Virus record (IMG/VR): IMGVR_UViG_3300018089_000001
Location: 121,487-185,486 of that record
Strand: one strand, 5' to 3'
DNA: 64,000 nt
DNA from: a virus
Lineage: Duplodnaviria > Caudoviricetes
This document shows positions 10,754-20,298 of the stretch, one piece after another; positions within the stretch are counted from its first letter, which is position 1, and every line of letters begins with the position of its first letter. The notes beneath the pieces are model-generated. The model did not search any database and was not told the origin of the DNA. It worked only from the letters and a program-made list of their open reading frames with translations. The translations under genes were made by a program, and so were the position numbers.

Positions 10754-11411
10754 TGTCGAACCTTCCCCGGAAGGCCTGGTACAACTCCTTCATCTGGTTG
10801 ATGTTGTGGGTGACCTGCTTGGTGGTCAGACCCGTCATCTCCTTGATGTAGAGGAACACGGCCTTCCGGTTGTAAATACTGACCAGATGGGGATTCTGGA
10901 GAAGGAAGACGATGGCGTCCAGGACCTGGACCTCCTGCGGCTTCTTCAGGACGGTCCGCCACCTGTCCATGTTTCTGAACAGGGACACCCAGAACTCCCG
11001 CTCCACGATCCTGTCCTCGTGGGAGGCCAGCACCAGGGACGGGTCGTTCCGGACCACATCGTGGTCGATCCCGTAGAAGTTCTCCGTCTGCTGCTTGAGC
11101 CTCTTGTTCTTGTCCCTGATCCGACCCACGAACCAGTGCTTGACCACCACGTTGAAGTACGAGAAGGCCTTCTTCCCCTTCATCGGATCGAACTTCGGGA
11201 GGGTCTCGAAGACCGTCGAGAGGCACTCGTCCTTGAGGGTGTCGGGGTCGTCGATCTTGTAGAACCCGTAGAGGTACATCTGGCTCTCGATGAGCTTCGT
11301 CAGGGCCGGCCTGATCCCCTCATCAAAGATGCGGTTCTTCGTGGCCGGGTCCTTCTCCGCCACGAACTCCGCGATCTTCGCGTCCACCTCTGGTCCGAAG
11401 TACATCGGCAT
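10737..11411 (-). CDS. phage late-transcription sigma factor (T4 gp55-like)
   Basis: LPKFDPMKGKKAFSYFNVVVKHWF resembles gp55 region-2 FDP..FxYF motif. Confidence 0.75.
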   Translation of the reverse strand: MPMYFGPEVDAKIAEFVAEKDPATKNRIFDEGIRPALTKLIESQMYLYGFYKIDDPDTLKDECLSTVFETLPKFDPMKGKKAFSYFNVVVKHWFVGRIRDKNKRLKQQTENFYGIDHDVVRNDPSLVLASHEDRIVEREFWVSLFRNMDRWRTVLKKPQEVQVLDAIVFLLQNPHLVSIYNRKAVFLYIKEMTGLTTKQVTHNINQMKELYQAFRGRFDNGEEG

Positions 11412-11414
11412 CCT

Positions 11415-11729
11415 TCACTCCACGTCGGGCCTGGGAAGGGGCCTGTCGTCCCTCGGCGGAGCCGCGGACCGCACCGCCCTCGTGATCTGGTCAATCTCCT
11501 CCAGGGCCCGCACGTTCCTGTTGTGGAACGAGACGACCTCCGGGTTGTCGGTGAGCAGGTCCAGGGACAGCATCCTCCTGAGATCCTCGGCGTAGCCGAA
11601 GAGCACGGGCATGATCTGCTGCCAGATCGAGTCGAACTCAAGCAGCCGCTTGGCAGCCCGAAACAACAACACCCCCAACGCCCCGTTGGCGATGAGGGAG
11701 AGGACTAGGAATACCACAACCCAGATCAA
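11415..11729 (-). CDS. membrane-anchored hypothetical protein
   Basis: N-terminal hydrophobic helix. Confidence 0.6.
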   Translation of the reverse strand: MIWVVVFLVLSLIANGALGVLLFRAAKRLLEFDSIWQQIMPVLFGYAEDLRRMLSLDLLTDNPEVVSFHNRNVRALEEIDQITRAVRSAAPPRDDRPLPRPDVE

Positions 11730-11926
11730 GCGGACCCCTTTGAGTACCCGTCGGTGGCCCAGCCACCGCCCTTGAGGTGAAACGCGGGAGCCGATATCAG
11801 CATCCGCATGGCCACCTGTCCGTCACACCCCTCCTCGCAACAGAGGGGATCCGACTCGTCGTGGACCGACCTCTCGAGCTCCACGGTGACCCCACACTTT
11901 GGGCACCTGAAGTCGTATCGGGCCAC
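11726..11926 (-). CDS. FmdB-family zinc-ribbon protein
   Basis: YDFRCPKCG..C..C..ISAPAFHLKGGGWATD. Confidence 0.85.
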   Translation of the reverse strand: MARYDFRCPKCGVTVELERSVHDESDPLCCEEGCDGQVAMRMLISAPAFHLKGGGWATDGYSKGSA

Positions 11927-11928
11927 AC

Positions 11929-12120
11929 TCAGCTCCAGAACGAGGGCCCGACGGACTCCCGCCAGGGATCAGAATTAGGACTCAGCGAGAGCTTCCCGTC
12001 CCTCTCGACGAGGTCCATGTCACGCAGCAGCTGGGAGATGTCGACCCCCTCAGCCAGGCCCTTTCGCAGGCACGCCATGATGCCCAGGAGGGCGTCGTCA
12101 GCAAGCTTCACAGGTTCCAT
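11929..12120 (-). CDS. hypothetical protein
   Basis: Coupled small ORF. Confidence 0.55.
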   Translation of the reverse strand: MEPVKLADDALLGIMACLRKGLAEGVDISQLLRDMDLVERDGKLSLSPNSDPWRESVGPSFWS

Positions 12121-13025
12121 CCCAACAGTCCAATGGTTGCACCCAGGTCAGCGATGGCCGTCCTGGGCTTCGTAACTACGGTCGCGGCGGCCGCATTCGC
12201 GAACTGCGTCGCGGTATAGATGTCGCGTCCCTCGACCATCATCGCAGCCAGGCCTGCAAGGAATGTGTCCCCGCACCCACACACGTCGATCTCATCGACG
12301 ACATGGGCCCTCATCCGCACGGTGTGGCAGACGAACGTGCCCGGCTGCTCCGTCTCCCTCCGAGTGGTGACGCGGACCCCGCCGGGGCCGTCCGTGACCA
12401 CGAGGAAGCTGAAGAAGTCCTCGGGGGAGTGGTGCCTCTCGAGGGCGGCCTCCCACTCCATTCGGTTCAGCTTGGCGAGGAGCGTGCGTACGCCGCCCGA
12501 AGCGAAGGACGTGAGGTCGGTCATCTTGGTGTCGACCAGCAGCTTGCTCCGGTGCTCCATGAGCAGGGGTAGGGAGGCGCCGACCGTCCCCGAGCCGTAG
12601 TCAGACATCACGATCAACTCGGGATCGCTTCCCGCGAGGTACTCCTCAAGCGAGCGACGGACGGCCTTCGACTGGAAGTCGTAATAGTCCGACCCGTCCA
12701 CACGAAGCAGCGTCTCGCCACCCATGATCACCCGCTCCTTGCAGAGCGGCTCGTCGAAGATGCAGCGCTCGACGTCAACCCTGCTCCCAGAGAGGAACTT
12801 GATCAGGCGCGCGAGCGGCGCGTCAAGGACCCCGATCAGGTCGACCTGGATCTTCGGTGCTAGGGCCGCGAGATTCAGGGCCACGTTCGCGGCCCCACCG
12901 GGCCGCACGTTACGCCCGATCTCGACCACGGCTCGAACCGACGGGGCGTCCGGACACATCTTCTTGAAGACGCACTCCCGGTACACGTCCGCGATGATGT
13001 CACCGATTACTAGGACCCTCTTCAC
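12108..13025 (-). CDS. hldA: heptose-7-phosphate kinase (RfaE domain I, PfkB family)
   Basis: VLVIGDIIADVY, PGGAANVALNL, SDYG, DVCGCGDTF, ANAAAA. Confidence 0.85.
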   Translation of the reverse strand: MKRVLVIGDIIADVYRECVFKKMCPDAPSVRAVVEIGRNVRPGGAANVALNLAALAPKIQVDLIGVLDAPLARLIKFLSGSRVDVERCIFDEPLCKERVIMGGETLLRVDGSDYYDFQSKAVRRSLEEYLAGSDPELIVMSDYGSGTVGASLPLLMEHRSKLLVDTKMTDLTSFASGGVRTLLAKLNRMEWEAALERHHSPEDFFSFLVVTDGPGGVRVTTRRETEQPGTFVCHTVRMRAHVVDEIDVCGCGDTFLAGLAAMMVEGRDIYTATQFANAAAATVVTKPRTAIADLGATIGLLGWNL

Positions 13026-13028
13026 TCC

Positions 13029-13493
13029 TCACGCTCCCAATAAGGAGGTGGTGGACCAACCGGGAAGCAAATCCACAGTCCTCACCTCGCTACCCGACCA
13101 TCGTATCACTGTACTCGGATCGTAGTCTGAGCCCTTGACGACGAGAGGCGGCTTGAGCATGTCCATGAGCCGCTGGGGCGTCCGCTCATCGAAGATGACC
13201 ACGGTGAACGGCCAGAAGAGATGACTGAGCAGGTCCGCTCGGCTGGAGTGGGGAACGACTGGCCTCCCAGGCCCCTTCAATCCCCTCACCGATTCGTCGG
13301 AGTTCAGGGCGACGACGGCCTGCAGGCCCTGCATGTGACACAGCACAGACAGGTGCCGGAGGAGGTGGATGTGCCCGGAATGAAGCACGTCAAAACATCC
13401 GTTGGCCACCCCACACCTTCCTTCAAGGAGGCGCAGGAGTGTGCTCTCCTCGAGGGCATCGAGATGGATGACCCTCCGCGAGACCTCATTCAT
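13029..13493 (-). CDS. hldC: heptose-1-phosphate adenylyltransferase (RfaE domain II)
   Basis: NGCFDVLHSGH, LNSDESVRGLKGPGRP, VKGSDY, STT. Confidence 0.9.
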   Translation of the reverse strand: MNEVSRRVIHLDALEESTLLRLLEGRCGVANGCFDVLHSGHIHLLRHLSVLCHMQGLQAVVALNSDESVRGLKGPGRPVVPHSSRADLLSHLFWPFTVVIFDERTPQRLMDMLKPPLVVKGSDYDPSTVIRWSGSEVRTVDLLPGWSTTSLLGA

Positions 13494-14493
13494 CGGTGAC
13501 GGCGCGGCCCTTCTGGGACTCCCAGTTGCGGTCCTGACGGATTCCCAAGTTGCGACGATGCAGCGCCTTGAAGAGATTTCCCTTCAACCCATCGTCTGCC
13601 ATGTTGCCGACCATGTCCCTAGAGCAACCGAGCTGTTCCGAGATGAACGCGAGGCTCTGGGTGTCCTTGACGAAGCAGTGGCCACCGTAGCCGAGGTTCC
13701 CATCGGGCCCCGGGACGCCCATGTGACTCGTCCCGATCCTCCGGTCGAGCTGCGTGAGGAGCTTGACCGTTTCATAGTCGACCCCCAGCCTCTGGCAGAT
13801 CAGGTACAACTCGTTCGAGATCATGACTCGCGCCGTCAGGTGGACATTCGTGGACAACTTGGTCATCTCGGCCTCCTCAGGGGAGCAGTGGACGATCGCC
13901 ACCGGTCCATCGGGATGACCCGCGTAGGTCTCCGCCTGTCTGTCGGGCCAGACCCCCTCGAAGTACTTGAAGACCACCCGGGCGTCCTCCAGGTCACCGC
14001 CGAGAAGGACCCGGTTCGTGGTCTTGAAGTCCCGGACCGCGTTGGCCTCCGTCAGAAACTCGGGCGAGAAGAGGAGCCTGAGCGCGTACCTGTCCTGCAT
14101 CTTCCGAGTGAAACCGGGCGGGACGGTGCTCTTGAGGACGACGACGAAGTCGTCGAGGGACCTCCCGAGCTTGATGGTGGCGTTCTGGATGTCCTGGAGG
14201 ACGCTCTCCACGATGCCTGTGTGGCACTCTCCCGACGGTCTCATGGGCGTCGGGACGGCCACGAAGATCACCTCGGCGTGGGCGACCACGCCGAGGATTT
14301 CTGGAGAGAGCAGCACCTTGTTCAGTTCCTCGCGTCCCTCGTAACCGGCCTTGTCATAGACAATGACCCCACCGACGTGCGGCCTGAACAGCTCGACGAC
14401 CGCGTTACCGATGAAGCCGTACCCGACCTGTCCGACAGTCGCCTTGGAGATGTCGAAGTCCTCGATGAAGGTCGGGGAGTTGATGTCGATCAC
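13486..14493 (-). CDS. ugd: UDP-glucose/GDP-mannose dehydrogenase
   Basis: GYGFIG, VPTP, KSTVPPG, SPEFLTE, GYGGHCFVKD; start moved to coupled GTG. Confidence 0.9.
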   Translation of the reverse strand: MIDINSPTFIEDFDISKATVGQVGYGFIGNAVVELFRPHVGGVIVYDKAGYEGREELNKVLLSPEILGVVAHAEVIFVAVPTPMRPSGECHTGIVESVLQDIQNATIKLGRSLDDFVVVLKSTVPPGFTRKMQDRYALRLLFSPEFLTEANAVRDFKTTNRVLLGGDLEDARVVFKYFEGVWPDRQAETYAGHPDGPVAIVHCSPEEAEMTKLSTNVHLTARVMISNELYLICQRLGVDYETVKLLTQLDRRIGTSHMGVPGPDGNLGYGGHCFVKDTQSLAFISEQLGCSRDMVGNMADDGLKGNLFKALHRRNLGIRQDRNWESQKGRAVTDE

Positions 14494-15536
14494 TTCTTGC
14501 CCTCGCTGAAGAAACGGTGGAATCGCTGGGCCTGGACCGCCCAGCTCTCGGTCAGGGCGAAGCTCCTGGCGTTGTGCCCGAAGTCCTCCCACTGCCCGGA
14601 TGAGACCAGCCTAGATATCGCCTCTGGCCACACCGAGGGGTCCGCGACGATGCCCGTGAGGCCGTCCTCGATCAGACGGGACGGGGACCCCATGCTCGGG
14701 GGGTACAGCACGAGGCTCCCGGCCGCCATCGCCTGCCGGTGGCACCGGGAGGACGGCTCCAGAAACGTCGAGGAGTACGGCAGGACCCCCGCCCCGTTGA
14801 AGAGGTCCCAGAGCAACGGGCCGTTCCGTAGCCCCGGCATGTGTCGGACCCCGGGATGGCTGAAGAACGGCTGGAAGCGCGTCACTGACTCGGGCCTGAC
14901 GTAGTCCGGGTAGGTCACCGTAAGGTGAAACCGCTGATCCATCCGCCATAGGCGGAGGAAGGGGTTAATGAGTGCCTCGAGCCCCCTGCCTGGGTCGGAG
15001 GCCCACAGGAGGTGATGGGGGTCCTTGGCCTTGGGGTGATACACCTCGGTGTCCACGCCGAGCGTGAGGCCCTCGTAGAGGCGTGACTCCGGTATGACTC
15101 CTCGCATCTCGCGGCCCAACTGCTCCCTGTGCCACGTCGGAAAGACGAGTATCCCGTCGAGCTGGCCGTCGAGGAAGGCCCTCGAGACGGGTCGCTTCCA
15201 ATCATCGCCGTACGAGTGGTCCTGGGACAGGAGGACGTTCCTAGAGAGCGGATCGTAGAGCTCGTCAAACCACCGGCGCCAGTGGACGACAACGTCGTAG
15301 GAGTCCTTCACGACGTCACGGTAACTCGCCTCCGTGATGCAGCGGATCGAACCACCTCCAAGCGCCGAAAAGTCCTCGGAGTACGCGATCGGCTCGGGAT
15401 GGACAAGGTCCACGTCGATCCGAGCGTGACGGGCGTAGTACCAGGGAAGCTCGAGGTGGTACCGCACGAAGGTCGGCCAGTACCCTGCGGGCATGTCGGA
15501 CGGGGAGCGCTTGACTCCGACAAAGGCGACCCTCAT
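14490..15536 (-). CDS. glycosyltransferase (GT4-like)
   Basis: WASDPGRGL, YSSTFLEPS..QAMAAG. Confidence 0.75.
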   Translation of the reverse strand: MRVAFVGVKRSPSDMPAGYWPTFVRYHLELPWYYARHARIDVDLVHPEPIAYSEDFSALGGGSIRCITEASYRDVVKDSYDVVVHWRRWFDELYDPLSRNVLLSQDHSYGDDWKRPVSRAFLDGQLDGILVFPTWHREQLGREMRGVIPESRLYEGLTLGVDTEVYHPKAKDPHHLLWASDPGRGLEALINPFLRLWRMDQRFHLTVTYPDYVRPESVTRFQPFFSHPGVRHMPGLRNGPLLWDLFNGAGVLPYSSTFLEPSSRCHRQAMAAGSLVLYPPSMGSPSRLIEDGLTGIVADPSVWPEAISRLVSSGQWEDFGHNARSFALTESWAVQAQRFHRFFSEGKK

Positions 15537-16132
15537 CCCCAGAGGTCCCCCTTCTCAAACCTGCACTTCAGGCTCCAGTTTGCGGCCTGGTGCTCCTGCT
15601 CCTCGATGATGTCGAAGCGGAGGCCACAGGCAGCGGCCTGCTCGATCAGACTGGAGAACGTGAAGCAGACGTGGTGAAAGTTCCCCGGGTAGTCCTGCCC
15701 ACCGAACATGCGCCGGACGGCGGCCTCGAGGACCTCCTCGTACGCCTGGCCGCAGTTACTGCACTGAGCGCTAGGCCTTCGATCGGAACCGTGGTCATCG
15801 ATATATCCCTGCATCCATTCCCCGCAGCGATTGCATTGGAACCTGCCGCGTCGGCAGATCACCGCCCCGAGAATCTCCGCGTCAGGGACCTGGATGACCA
15901 ACTGGCCGCCGGGCCTAAGGATCCGGTAACACTCCATGAGGATAGCCGCGGTAGAGCCGTACGGAAAGTGCTCGAGGAAGTCCAACATCAGGACTTCCTC
16001 GACGCTCTCTGAATCGAACGGCCACGGGAACTTCGACAGGTCAGTCACTCTGTCGACTCCAGGCAACTCTCGGGAGTCCACGTTGACGTATCCCGGCCTG
16101 ACGTCGGTTCCGCATCCAAGGTTGATCCTCAT
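15533..16132 (-). CDS. SAM-dependent methyltransferase
   Basis: INLGCG, FLEH, RILRPGG; CxxC..CxxC insert. Confidence 0.85.
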   Translation of the reverse strand: MRINLGCGTDVRPGYVNVDSRELPGVDRVTDLSKFPWPFDSESVEEVLMLDFLEHFPYGSTAAILMECYRILRPGGQLVIQVPDAEILGAVICRRGRFQCNRCGEWMQGYIDDHGSDRRPSAQCSNCGQAYEEVLEAAVRRMFGGQDYPGNFHHVCFTFSSLIEQAAACGLRFDIIEEQEHQAANWSLKCRFEKGDLWG

Positions 16133-16383
16133 TCCTCCGCCTCCTGCTTGAGGATCTCGGCCTTTCTCTCGGGACCACCGCGGTTATAGTTCCCGACGGA
16201 ACCGTCGGAGCGCACGACCCGGTGACAGGGGACCGTGGGATCGTAGTTGCGAGCCATAATCGATCCCACGGCCCGGACGGCGCCTTTCGAGACGCCAGTG
16301 GCCAGGGCGACCTGCGTGTAGGTCATGGTCTGCCCCCGGGGGATCTTCCGGACGACCTCGAGCACCCGTTCCTTGAATGTCAT
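16129..16383 (-). CDS. ogt: O6-methylguanine-DNA alkyltransferase (MGMT C-terminal domain)
   Basis: IPRGQTMTY, RAVG, PCHRVV active site. Confidence 0.9.
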   Translation of the reverse strand: MTFKERVLEVVRKIPRGQTMTYTQVALATGVSKGAVRAVGSIMARNYDPTVPCHRVVRSDGSVGNYNRGGPERKAEILKQEAEE

Positions 16384-17297
16384 CGGTTCCTCTCGATGAA
16401 GTCGACAAGTTGCACCGCCCGGTTATTGGGTCGATGTTTGTCCATGACGGCGTCGTACATCCACTTGCCGAGTTGCTCATGACGGGCCAGTGCGAACTCG
16501 ATGCTCGGAACGAGCGTGTCCTCGGAGTGGAACGGAATGAACGGAATGTCCGTCCGGTCGCCTCCGTAGATGGAGTTCGAGACGAGGGCGGTGCGGGTCA
16601 TCGCCACCTCGAAGTGACGGCACTGGAGCCCGTAGCCGCTCCCGAAGGGTTGGCCGACGTCGGTGGCATGGTTCAGGACGACCTTCGAGCGCTGGTAGAT
16701 TTCGACCGTGTCGCCGTACAGCCCGTCCCTGCGCGCGTCGCCAGGGTAAATGCCGCCTGAATAGACGAACATCCACCCCCTCTGCCTGGCGGCCTCGGAG
16801 ACGATCTCACACATCCTTCGTCGCGAGGAGTGGGCCACCGGATCACCCACGCTCCCTATGAAAGACACGTCGATGTCCCGCGTGATCGGCTCGGGGGAGG
16901 GGCAGTAGAGCTCGTCGTCCGCGGTGAGCAGCAACGTCTCCGCCGCGCGGTAGCCCATTGACCTGGCGACGCCGGCACCGTGGTCATCGAAACTGAGCAG
17001 CAGGTCGGCGTACCTCCGCATGTCCAGCATCATCTGCCGGATGTGGGGGAAGCGGGCGTCGTCGGGCTGATAGACCACGACGGGTCCCTTGAGGCCTCCC
17101 AGGTGGTGCTCGCCTCCCACGCAACTCTTAAAGACGACGGTCACGTCCGCGTCAACTTCAAGGGCCGACCATTGGGCCGGGTGGTTGGGGTCGATCGTGT
17201 TGACCGAGTGGCCCATCCGCTTCAACCCCTTCGCGAAGGCGATCTCCGTGCCGAAGGGGGCGTTGACGACGAACGGCCCGATGAGGTTCAGTTCCAT
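16380..17297 (-). CDS. glycosyltransferase (CgeB-like)
   Basis: DIDVSFIGS, YQRSKVVLN, RHFEVA. Confidence 0.75.
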   Translation of the reverse strand: MELNLIGPFVVNAPFGTEIAFAKGLKRMGHSVNTIDPNHPAQWSALEVDADVTVVFKSCVGGEHHLGGLKGPVVVYQPDDARFPHIRQMMLDMRRYADLLLSFDDHGAGVARSMGYRAAETLLLTADDELYCPSPEPITRDIDVSFIGSVGDPVAHSSRRRMCEIVSEAARQRGWMFVYSGGIYPGDARRDGLYGDTVEIYQRSKVVLNHATDVGQPFGSGYGLQCRHFEVAMTRTALVSNSIYGGDRTDIPFIPFHSEDTLVPSIEFALARHEQLGKWMYDAVMDKHRPNNRAVQLVDFIERNR

Positions 17298-17409
17298 AGG
17301 AAGCTCCCGGGGTCATACCCCAAGGCGATCGCCGCCCATTTCGGAGGCAGGCGGCAGGTTATCGCGGCAAAGTGCGCCGCCCCTACCCAAGCCCACATCT
17401 CAAGCCACG

Positions 17410-17775
17410 TCACGGCTCGATCCGATAGCTATCGGAGTCCTCGTGGTGGCTGCTGAACTCCACGAGCACCGCTGGTACGGTGAGCGCCGTAATGCGATGC
17501 GGGGTATTCGGAGGAATCACGATGGAGTCCCCCTGGTCAAGCACGTGAGTGAGGGAGGCCGCGTTGCCGGTGTCGACGATGGTGATGCCGAAGCGACCGG
17601 ACTCGACGTACATCGTCTCATGCTTGACGGCGTGGAAGTGCAGGGACGTGGATCCGTTCAGAACCTCGAAATGCAACCGCTTGCCGCAGTAGAGGTGATT
17701 GTTGACGATCCACTCCTCCCAACCCCAGCGCTTGCTCGGACTGTGCCTGTCGAGCAGGGTCTCAACGCTTGCCAT
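17410..17775 (-). CDS. cupin (sugar isomerase-like)
   Basis: KRWGWE, SLHFHAVKHETMYV, PHRI, DSYR. Confidence 0.8.
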   Translation of the reverse strand: MASVETLLDRHSPSKRWGWEEWIVNNHLYCGKRLHFEVLNGSTSLHFHAVKHETMYVESGRFGITIVDTGNAASLTHVLDQGDSIVIPPNTPHRITALTVPAVLVEFSSHHEDSDSYRIEP

Positions 17776-18694
17776 AGATCTCCTCGATCCCTTCGCGGGT
17801 CGACGGGGAGCCGAGTCCGCAGTTCCTCGCCTTGATCCCGGCGCAGGTGTAGTCCTGGTACCTCCCGACGACGCTCGGGGGGATCTGCACCTCGAGCACG
17901 TGGGTCCGCAGGTTATTCGTCGCCTGCATGATGTAGTTGTCGAGGTCCCTGAAGGTCGTGGCGAAACCGGTCCCGAGGTCCTCGATCTCCCGGTGCGTCG
18001 GCTCGTCGTGGTCCCTCGTGAGCATCTCGGCGTAGGCCACGACCTTCTCGGCCACCGTCGTCACGGGGACGAAGTCGCGGGCCGCGTCGAGGCTGTGGAC
18101 GTCGATCAGGGTCCCCTTCCGGTACGCCTGCGCGATCTTGAAGGGCATGGAGGCCATGGCCCCCTTGTGGTCCTCGTTGGCCCCGAATACGTTGAAGAAG
18201 CGCAGGATCGCGAGCTCCCCCCGGGACTCCATCAGCGCCCGCTCGGCGAGCGCCTTCGACAGTCCGTACGGGTTGTTCGGGAACCCGCGCGCCCCGTACA
18301 CCGCGGCGCTCGAGGCGAAGACAATGCCAGGAACGAGTGAAGTCGGGTTGCGGTTGCAGGCCTCGACGAGGCGCCGCGTGTAGTCCACGTTCCGGTAGAA
18401 CAGGTCGCCGCTCTGGCCCATGTCAGTCGTATCGACCACCGCGCCGAGGTGCACGATCGCGTCGGGCCGGTAACCCTCCCCCAGCCACTTGAGGAACTCC
18501 TCGGGACGCAGGACGCGCTCAGCCCGCGAGAACGTCCTGTAGACTGAGGGGAGGATCGAGGCGTGCATCTCCTCGAACCTCGACACCTGCGCGTCCCAGA
18601 AGTCCACGAGAACGGGCGCGTGCCCCCGATCGATCAGCCGGGAGGCGACCTCCTGCCCGATGAAACCGGCAGCTCCAGTCACGACGATCACCAT
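17762..18694 (-). CDS. hldD: ADP-L-glycero-D-manno-heptose 6-epimerase-like
   Basis: TGAAGFIG, ASSAAVYG, YGLSK, RFFNVFGANEDHKGAMASM, YQDYTCA. Confidence 0.85.
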   Translation of the reverse strand: MVIVVTGAAGFIGQEVASRLIDRGHAPVLVDFWDAQVSRFEEMHASILPSVYRTFSRAERVLRPEEFLKWLGEGYRPDAIVHLGAVVDTTDMGQSGDLFYRNVDYTRRLVEACNRNPTSLVPGIVFASSAAVYGARGFPNNPYGLSKALAERALMESRGELAILRFFNVFGANEDHKGAMASMPFKIAQAYRKGTLIDVHSLDAARDFVPVTTVAEKVVAYAEMLTRDHDEPTHREIEDLGTGFATTFRDLDNYIMQATNNLRTHVLEVQIPPSVVGRYQDYTCAGIKARNCGLGSPSTREGIEEIYGKR

Positions 18695-18697
18695 GCC

Positions 18698-19585
18698 TCA
18701 CCCCCACACGAACTTCGCGAAGTCATCCGCCACCGCCTCGGGCTCACGCTGGTCCCTGAAGAACTCATGGACCATCCACCTGGAACACCACGGGCGGTTC
18801 TTCGTGGCGACGTTCTCGTAGGCCATCAGGCCGAAAGTCGGTCGATCGAGCGAGGCCGCGACGTGCATCATGCCGGTGTCGTTCCCGAAGTACGACCCGC
18901 AGCGGGCGACCTCCAGGAAGGCCGATGAGATGTTCGCCGTCACCGGTCCCAGGTCACCCACCTCACGGGAGATGGGGATGATGGTCTGGGCCAGGTCGGC
19001 GGCGTTGCCGGTGGCTCGAAACCGAGCGGTCGGCCGCAACTCACGACACCGCCTGATGAAGCGAACGTACCGATCGTTACCCCAATGCTTCGTGCTCCAG
19101 AAGCTGGCCGCGTCGCGCTTGAAGCCCAGTCCGAGGTACACCAGGTCGGGATCGACGTCGGGCCTCGTCGAGATGAACGACAGCGCGGGAGTCTCGCCCG
19201 AGAACCCGAGCTGCCTGGCATCGTCCATCTGGTACTCCACCTCGTGCTTCAGCCACGAGGAGAAGCCGAGGACCGGCGAGAAATCGGGACGCGGACGACA
19301 GTCGATGACCGCGTCCGCGTCGAAATGGGTGCCGTTGGTCCAGCGGCCATCGAAGGGGATGGCCATGACCGCGACGTCGTACCGCTGCCCGCCCGCGTTA
19401 GCGAGGTGCAGCTTCTCGATGAAGCCCCCGCGCTGCAGCTCGAGGAACACGTCGATGGCCCCGGCGTCGTCCGGGCCGTGCCCGGCGAGGACGTCCACGG
19501 TGCCAAGCGTCCCGAGGGCCTTGATCATCGGGACGCTCATCACGGCATTGCCGATCCCGAAGGTCTTTCCGACGAGGACGCGCAT
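18698..19585 (-). CDS. GT9 heptosyltransferase-like
   Basis: GIGNAVM..P, KHWG, GNDTGMMHVAA. Confidence 0.85.
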   Translation of the reverse strand: MRVLVGKTFGIGNAVMSVPMIKALGTLGTVDVLAGHGPDDAGAIDVFLELQRGGFIEKLHLANAGGQRYDVAVMAIPFDGRWTNGTHFDADAVIDCRPRPDFSPVLGFSSWLKHEVEYQMDDARQLGFSGETPALSFISTRPDVDPDLVYLGLGFKRDAASFWSTKHWGNDRYVRFIRRCRELRPTARFRATGNAADLAQTIIPISREVGDLGPVTANISSAFLEVARCGSYFGNDTGMMHVAASLDRPTFGLMAYENVATKNRPWCSRWMVHEFFRDQREPEAVADDFAKFVWG

Positions 19586-20298
19586 CAGGGCTTCTGGCAG
19601 CTGAAGACGAGGTCCGGGACCGACATCTGCACCGCGGGGACCAGCGACACTCCGATCCACAGAGGAGGCGGCGGGTCGAACCGCAGTCCGTCGGTGTGCA
19701 TCCGCATGTCCGCGAAGCCCGCGTTGGCGAAGATCTGCCGCATGTCGTGGAGGTTGTAGAACGCCACGTGCCCCCCGTGGTACACCTCGGTGTCACCCGA
19801 GGTGTGCGGGAAGACGCCGTTGACCACGAGGCTCTGGAGGTGCCGCCAGTACTGAATGTTCGGTGTGTTAATCAACACCCGACCACCGGGTCTGAGGACC
19901 CGATGACACTCCCTCGCGAATTTCTCCGGATCAAGGACATGCTCGATGAAGTCGAGCGCCGTGATGAGGTCCGCCGAGCCCTGTTCGAACATGGAGAGGC
20001 CGATGGCGTCGACGTTAGCCAGGACGAAGCCACTGCCTTTTGCCAAAGCGGGAGCCCGACAGGCCTCAGCGATCTCAACAACGTATCGATGCGGAAACAG
20101 GTCGCGCAGGGAGTATCCGAGGTTTCCAGTGGCGCCGCCCACATCGACCAACACCCCCGATGTAGGAAAGCCTCCAGCGCGGATCAAAGCGGCAGCCCGA
20201 TCGATGCGGCCGTTCCCTCCGGAGTACGGAGCAGTCGCTGACTCCTCACCTTTCCGCGCAGCGAGATCGTCGTAGAGTTTCTTGAACGCATCAGGCAT
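19585..20298 (-). CDS. SAM-dependent methyltransferase
   Basis: DVGGATG, DFIEHVLDP, RVLRPGG, NTPN. Confidence 0.85.
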   Translation of the reverse strand: MPDAFKKLYDDLAARKGEESATAPYSGGNGRIDRAAALIRAGGFPTSGVLVDVGGATGNLGYSLRDLFPHRYVVEIAEACRAPALAKGSGFVLANVDAIGLSMFEQGSADLITALDFIEHVLDPEKFARECHRVLRPGGRVLINTPNIQYWRHLQSLVVNGVFPHTSGDTEVYHGGHVAFYNLHDMRQIFANAGFADMRMHTDGLRFDPPPPLWIGVSLVPAVQMSVPDLVFSCQKP